A stretch of 64,000 bases of DNA from Burkholderiales bacterium (GTDB lineage Bacteria; Pseudomonadota; Gammaproteobacteria; Burkholderiales; Burkholderiaceae_C): assembly GCA_947372465.1 (NCBI GenBank), contig CANBTT010000011.1:182-64181 (forward strand), written 5' to 3'. The notes below the pieces were generated by a model. It searched no databases and had not been told where the DNA came from. It saw only the letters and a program-made list of their open reading frames with translations. Shown here piece by piece: positions 61,336 through 64,000 of this stretch (positions within the stretch are counted from its first letter, which is position 1; every line of letters begins with the position of its first letter). The translations under genes and the position numbers were made by a program.

Positions 61336-62120
61336 TGCAAGATGCCTATATTGGGTTTGGTCAGGTAAGGCACGCTAGGCTCAGGCCAAAAGGGCATGCA
61401 TTTAATTACCCGTCTTACTTTCTTTTTTTGCCAATGAGGCATTTAAAAACCATTAATACTGATTTTTTAAAAGTCAATAAATTTGCTGGTCTTTCGTTTT
61501 ATGATTGTGACCATGGAGATCCCAACAAGTCAGCGACTAAGTCCGCTCTAGATTGGTTTGAAGAGATGTTGGAGATGCGTGGCATCAATGGGGTTAGCGG
61601 TGAAGTATGGTTGCATTGCTTTCCCCGTGTATGGGGTTATGCTTTTAAACCAGTTAGTTTTTGGTATGGCTTTAGTTACGAAAACGAATTAAAAGTCATC
61701 TTGGTTGAAGTCAACAATACTTTTGGGCAAAGACACTGTTATTTGATTGAGGCGCCTAAATTTGGTCAAGAATACACAATGGAGAAGGTCTTTCATGTGT
61801 CTCCTTTTATTGAAACCAGGGGTGAGTATAAATTCCGATTTATGTTGACAAAAGGTGCAAATAACAATAATTTGGATGGGATTAAAACAGTTGTAAAAAT
61901 TGAATATTTTGACGAAGATGGTTTGCTTTTGAAAACCAGTGTGAGTGGAGCGCTGGAAAGAATAAATGGAAAGAGTGTTAGAAAAGCTTTGTGGCGCTAC
62001 CCTTTGATGACATTTGGTGTGATCTTAAGAATTCATTTTCAAGCTCTAATGCTTTGGTTTAAAGGAGCTAAATTCAACAGATCACCCGCCATGCCCAATG
62101 ACTTTATCAGTATCAAATAA
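61332..62120 (+). CDS. DUF1365-family protein (UfaO-like)
   Basis: GFGQVRHARLRP..HAFNYPSYFLFL.. and ...FKPVSFWY... match my recollection of DUF1365. It is translationally coupled to the upstream oxidoreductase. Confidence 0.7.
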   Translation: MMQDAYIGFGQVRHARLRPKGHAFNYPSYFLFLPMRHLKTINTDFLKVNKFAGLSFYDCDHGDPNKSATKSALDWFEEMLEMRGINGVSGEVWLHCFPRVWGYAFKPVSFWYGFSYENELKVILVEVNNTFGQRHCYLIEAPKFGQEYTMEKVFHVSPFIETRGEYKFRFMLTKGANNNNLDGIKTVVKIEYFDEDGLLLKTSVSGALERINGKSVRKALWRYPLMTFGVILRIHFQALMLWFKGAKFNRSPAMPNDFISIK

Positions 62121-62206
62121 ATTACAAAGGGTGAGTATGATGAAGACGCAGTTATTTGTCTTTGCTACAGTTTATCTTGAATTCAAAAAAACTTTGGGGT
62201 GTAAAG

Positions 62207-62803
62207 ATGTCTAGTTTTCTAAAAAAATATATAGTTATTCAATATTTTCGTTCTCTGACTTATTTGATTTTGGCTCTAAGTCTTGGTGTCTTTCAGGGTT
62301 GTTCTAGTCCAAGTGTTTTTAATTATAAAAATGAAAATCCGACCCTGAATTTGAAAGAGTTTTTCAATGGTGAGGTCCAAGCCTGGGGCATTTTTACGAA
62401 TAGAAATGGAGAGGTTGTTAAACGATTCACCGTGCTCATGAATTGCAGCTGGAATGGAGATGAAGGCGTCTTGGATGAAAAATTTACTTATTCAGATGGC
62501 ACTAAGCAACAAAGAATTTGGAGGCTAAAAGATTTGGGGTCTGGATCATACCAGGGTAGCGCTAGCGATGTCATTGGTTTGGCTCAAGGCCAAAGCAGCG
62601 GTAATGCTCTTCAGTGGAAATACATTCTCTCACTTCCGGTTGATGACAAGCATTGGGAAGTTCAATTTGAAGACTGGATGTACCAAATTGATGATAAAGT
62701 TATGTTGAACAAGGCTCGAATGTCTAAATGGGGTATTTACTTGGGTGAAGTTACACTTTCTTTTAGCAAAGTTTCAGCAACTGAGAAAGTACCTGCTCAA
62801 TGA
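62207..62803 (+). CDS. DUF3833-family lipoprotein
   Basis: Lipobox VFQGC, then FFNGEVQAWGIFTNRNGEVVKRFTV...FEDWMYQIDDKVMLNKARMSKWGIYLGEVTLSF, typical of DUF3833. Confidence 0.65.
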   Translation: MSSFLKKYIVIQYFRSLTYLILALSLGVFQGCSSPSVFNYKNENPTLNLKEFFNGEVQAWGIFTNRNGEVVKRFTVLMNCSWNGDEGVLDEKFTYSDGTKQQRIWRLKDLGSGSYQGSASDVIGLAQGQSSGNALQWKYILSLPVDDKHWEVQFEDWMYQIDDKVMLNKARMSKWGIYLGEVTLSFSKVSATEKVPAQ

Positions 62804-63579
62804 GTACACTCAATCCGTGCATAACTGATTGGAACAATAGGAGTGTGTGGTTGATTGGCGCCTCCAGTGGTATTGGGCTGGCTTGTGCCACCCACTTGGT
62901 CAAATTGGGTGCAAAAGTTACTGTTTCAGCAAGGAACATGGATTTGTTGTTGTCCTTTAAACGGGACAATCCATCCTCAATGGTGGCTGAAATGGACGTT
63001 ACTCGAATCGAAAGCATTTCACAGGCCTTTGAGCAAGTTAAAAATCATCATGGCATTGATGTGGTGGTTTATTGTGCTGGACATTATCTAGAGCAAAATG
63101 CCGATAAATTTAACTTGCAAGAAATGATCAAACACAATGATATTAACTACTTAGGTTTATGTCGAGTTTTGTCATTTATATTGAACCCTATGATTGCTCA
63201 GCGGTTTGGTCATATTTCTATCATATCGAGTGTTGCAGGATTTCAAGGATTGCCCAAGAGCTTGGCCTATGGTCCAACCAAGGCTGCGCTGATCAATTTG
63301 AGTGAATCAATGTATTTCGATCTTCACGGTCATGGTATTGGCGTGAGTCTTGTCAATCCCGGGTTTGTGCAGACACCCTTAACGGCGCAAAATAAATTTC
63401 ATATGCCAGCATTGATAACAACAGATCAAGCGGCCGTGGAGATGATAAAAGGATGGCGCAAGGGAGACTTTGAAATTCATTTCCCTAAAAAATTTACTTT
63501 GGTCCTTAAATTTTTAAAAATATTGCCTTACTTTATTTATTTCAAAATGGTTGCAAAGGCGACTCAATCAACTAAATAA
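62800..63579 (+). CDS. short-chain dehydrogenase/reductase (SDR)
   Basis: LIGASSGIGLA cofactor motif, the catalytic YGPTKAA (YxxxK) and NPGFVQTP. Its start overlaps the upstream stop. Confidence 0.85.
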   Translation: MSTLNPCITDWNNRSVWLIGASSGIGLACATHLVKLGAKVTVSARNMDLLLSFKRDNPSSMVAEMDVTRIESISQAFEQVKNHHGIDVVVYCAGHYLEQNADKFNLQEMIKHNDINYLGLCRVLSFILNPMIAQRFGHISIISSVAGFQGLPKSLAYGPTKAALINLSESMYFDLHGHGIGVSLVNPGFVQTPLTAQNKFHMPALITTDQAAVEMIKGWRKGDFEIHFPKKFTLVLKFLKILPYFIYFKMVAKATQSTK

Positions 63580-63593
63580 AACCGCTTCCAAAA

Positions 63594-64000
63594 ATGCCTC
63601 AACTGCAAGAACAAGTTAAAAAGTTAATTCATTTTTATGAAAATATTTCTTTGGTTAATTTATCAGAGCTAAGTGTGTTTTATTCTAAAAACGCCTATTT
63701 TAAAGATCCCTTTAACGATGTTTATGGTGTTAATAAAATTGAAAAAATATTTGAACACATGTTTGAATCCTTGCAAAAGCCTTCATTTGTCGTGAGGGAT
63801 GTTGCGACTCAAGAGCACCACACTTTTATAACATGGGATTTTTATTTTGAAGTTAAGCAACTGCCATCAAGGGGTGTGATGGCAATAAAAGGTGCTACGC
63901 ATATCGTTTGGGAATACAACGAGGGTCAAAACAGTTGGCAGATAAATTCACACAGAGATTATTGGGATGCAGCTGAAGAACTGTATGAAAAAATGCCACT
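63594..64000 (+). CDS. NTF2/SnoaL-like small protein, 3'-truncated by the window edge
   Basis: Hand-translated from the ATG at 63594: MPQLQEQVKKLIHFYENISLVNLSELSVFYSKNAYFKDPFNDVYG...HIVWEYNEGQNSWQINSHRDYWDAAEELYEKMP. The ORF is open to the end of the window and is absent from the track because no stop is reached. Confidence 0.5.
   Translation, partial: MPQLQEQVKKLIHFYENISLVNLSELSVFYSKNAYFKDPFNDVYGVNKIEKIFEHMFESLQKPSFVVRDVATQEHHTFITWDFYFEVKQLPSRGVMAIKGATHIVWEYNEGQNSWQINSHRDYWDAAEELYEKMP

Overview
This is an ordinary core-chromosome window from a betaproteobacterium; the Burkholderiales-like gene order is an inference, not a database result. It opens inside mnmG and covers the partition locus mnmG-rsmG-[LysE exporter]-parA-parB, which carries three parS sites. 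About 60 mostly housekeeping genes follow: a PduO-type cobalamin adenosyltransferase, arfB, gcdH, mnmA, a GTP-type pckG, and a split metH with an SAH riboswitch in front of its second cistron. Next come a porin-glnK-amtB operon with NtrC/sigma-54 signals, ssb/MFS/uvrA, pyrF-UDG-like-rimI-tsaB, dacB, sua5-purK-purE, purC-fba-pyk-[desaturase]-pgk, azlCD, fmt-def, smg and yajC-secD-secF. The window ends with mltA, a 1467-aa YhdP-family protein divergent from glnE, hldC, gpx, and an FAD-oxidoreductase/DUF1365/DUF3833/SDR/NTF2 lipid-modification cluster that runs off the 3' edge. I saw no tRNA or rRNA genes, CRISPR arrays, transposases, integrases, phage genes or recognisable defence or toxin modules. 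I therefore do not claim a new multi-gene system here. The points most worth a second look are: (1) the SAH riboswitch placed between the two halves of metH; (2) a marked GC drop, from about 50% to about 35-40%, across core genes from ~51.4 kb onward; (3) three enzyme-fold proteins whose canonical catalytic residues appear substituted; (4) a furan-fatty-acid-like cluster with no methylase in the expected slot; (5) two unannotated 46-aa ORFs with good Shine-Dalgarno sites. All family assignments come from reading the translated ORFs and recalling family motifs; no searches were run.
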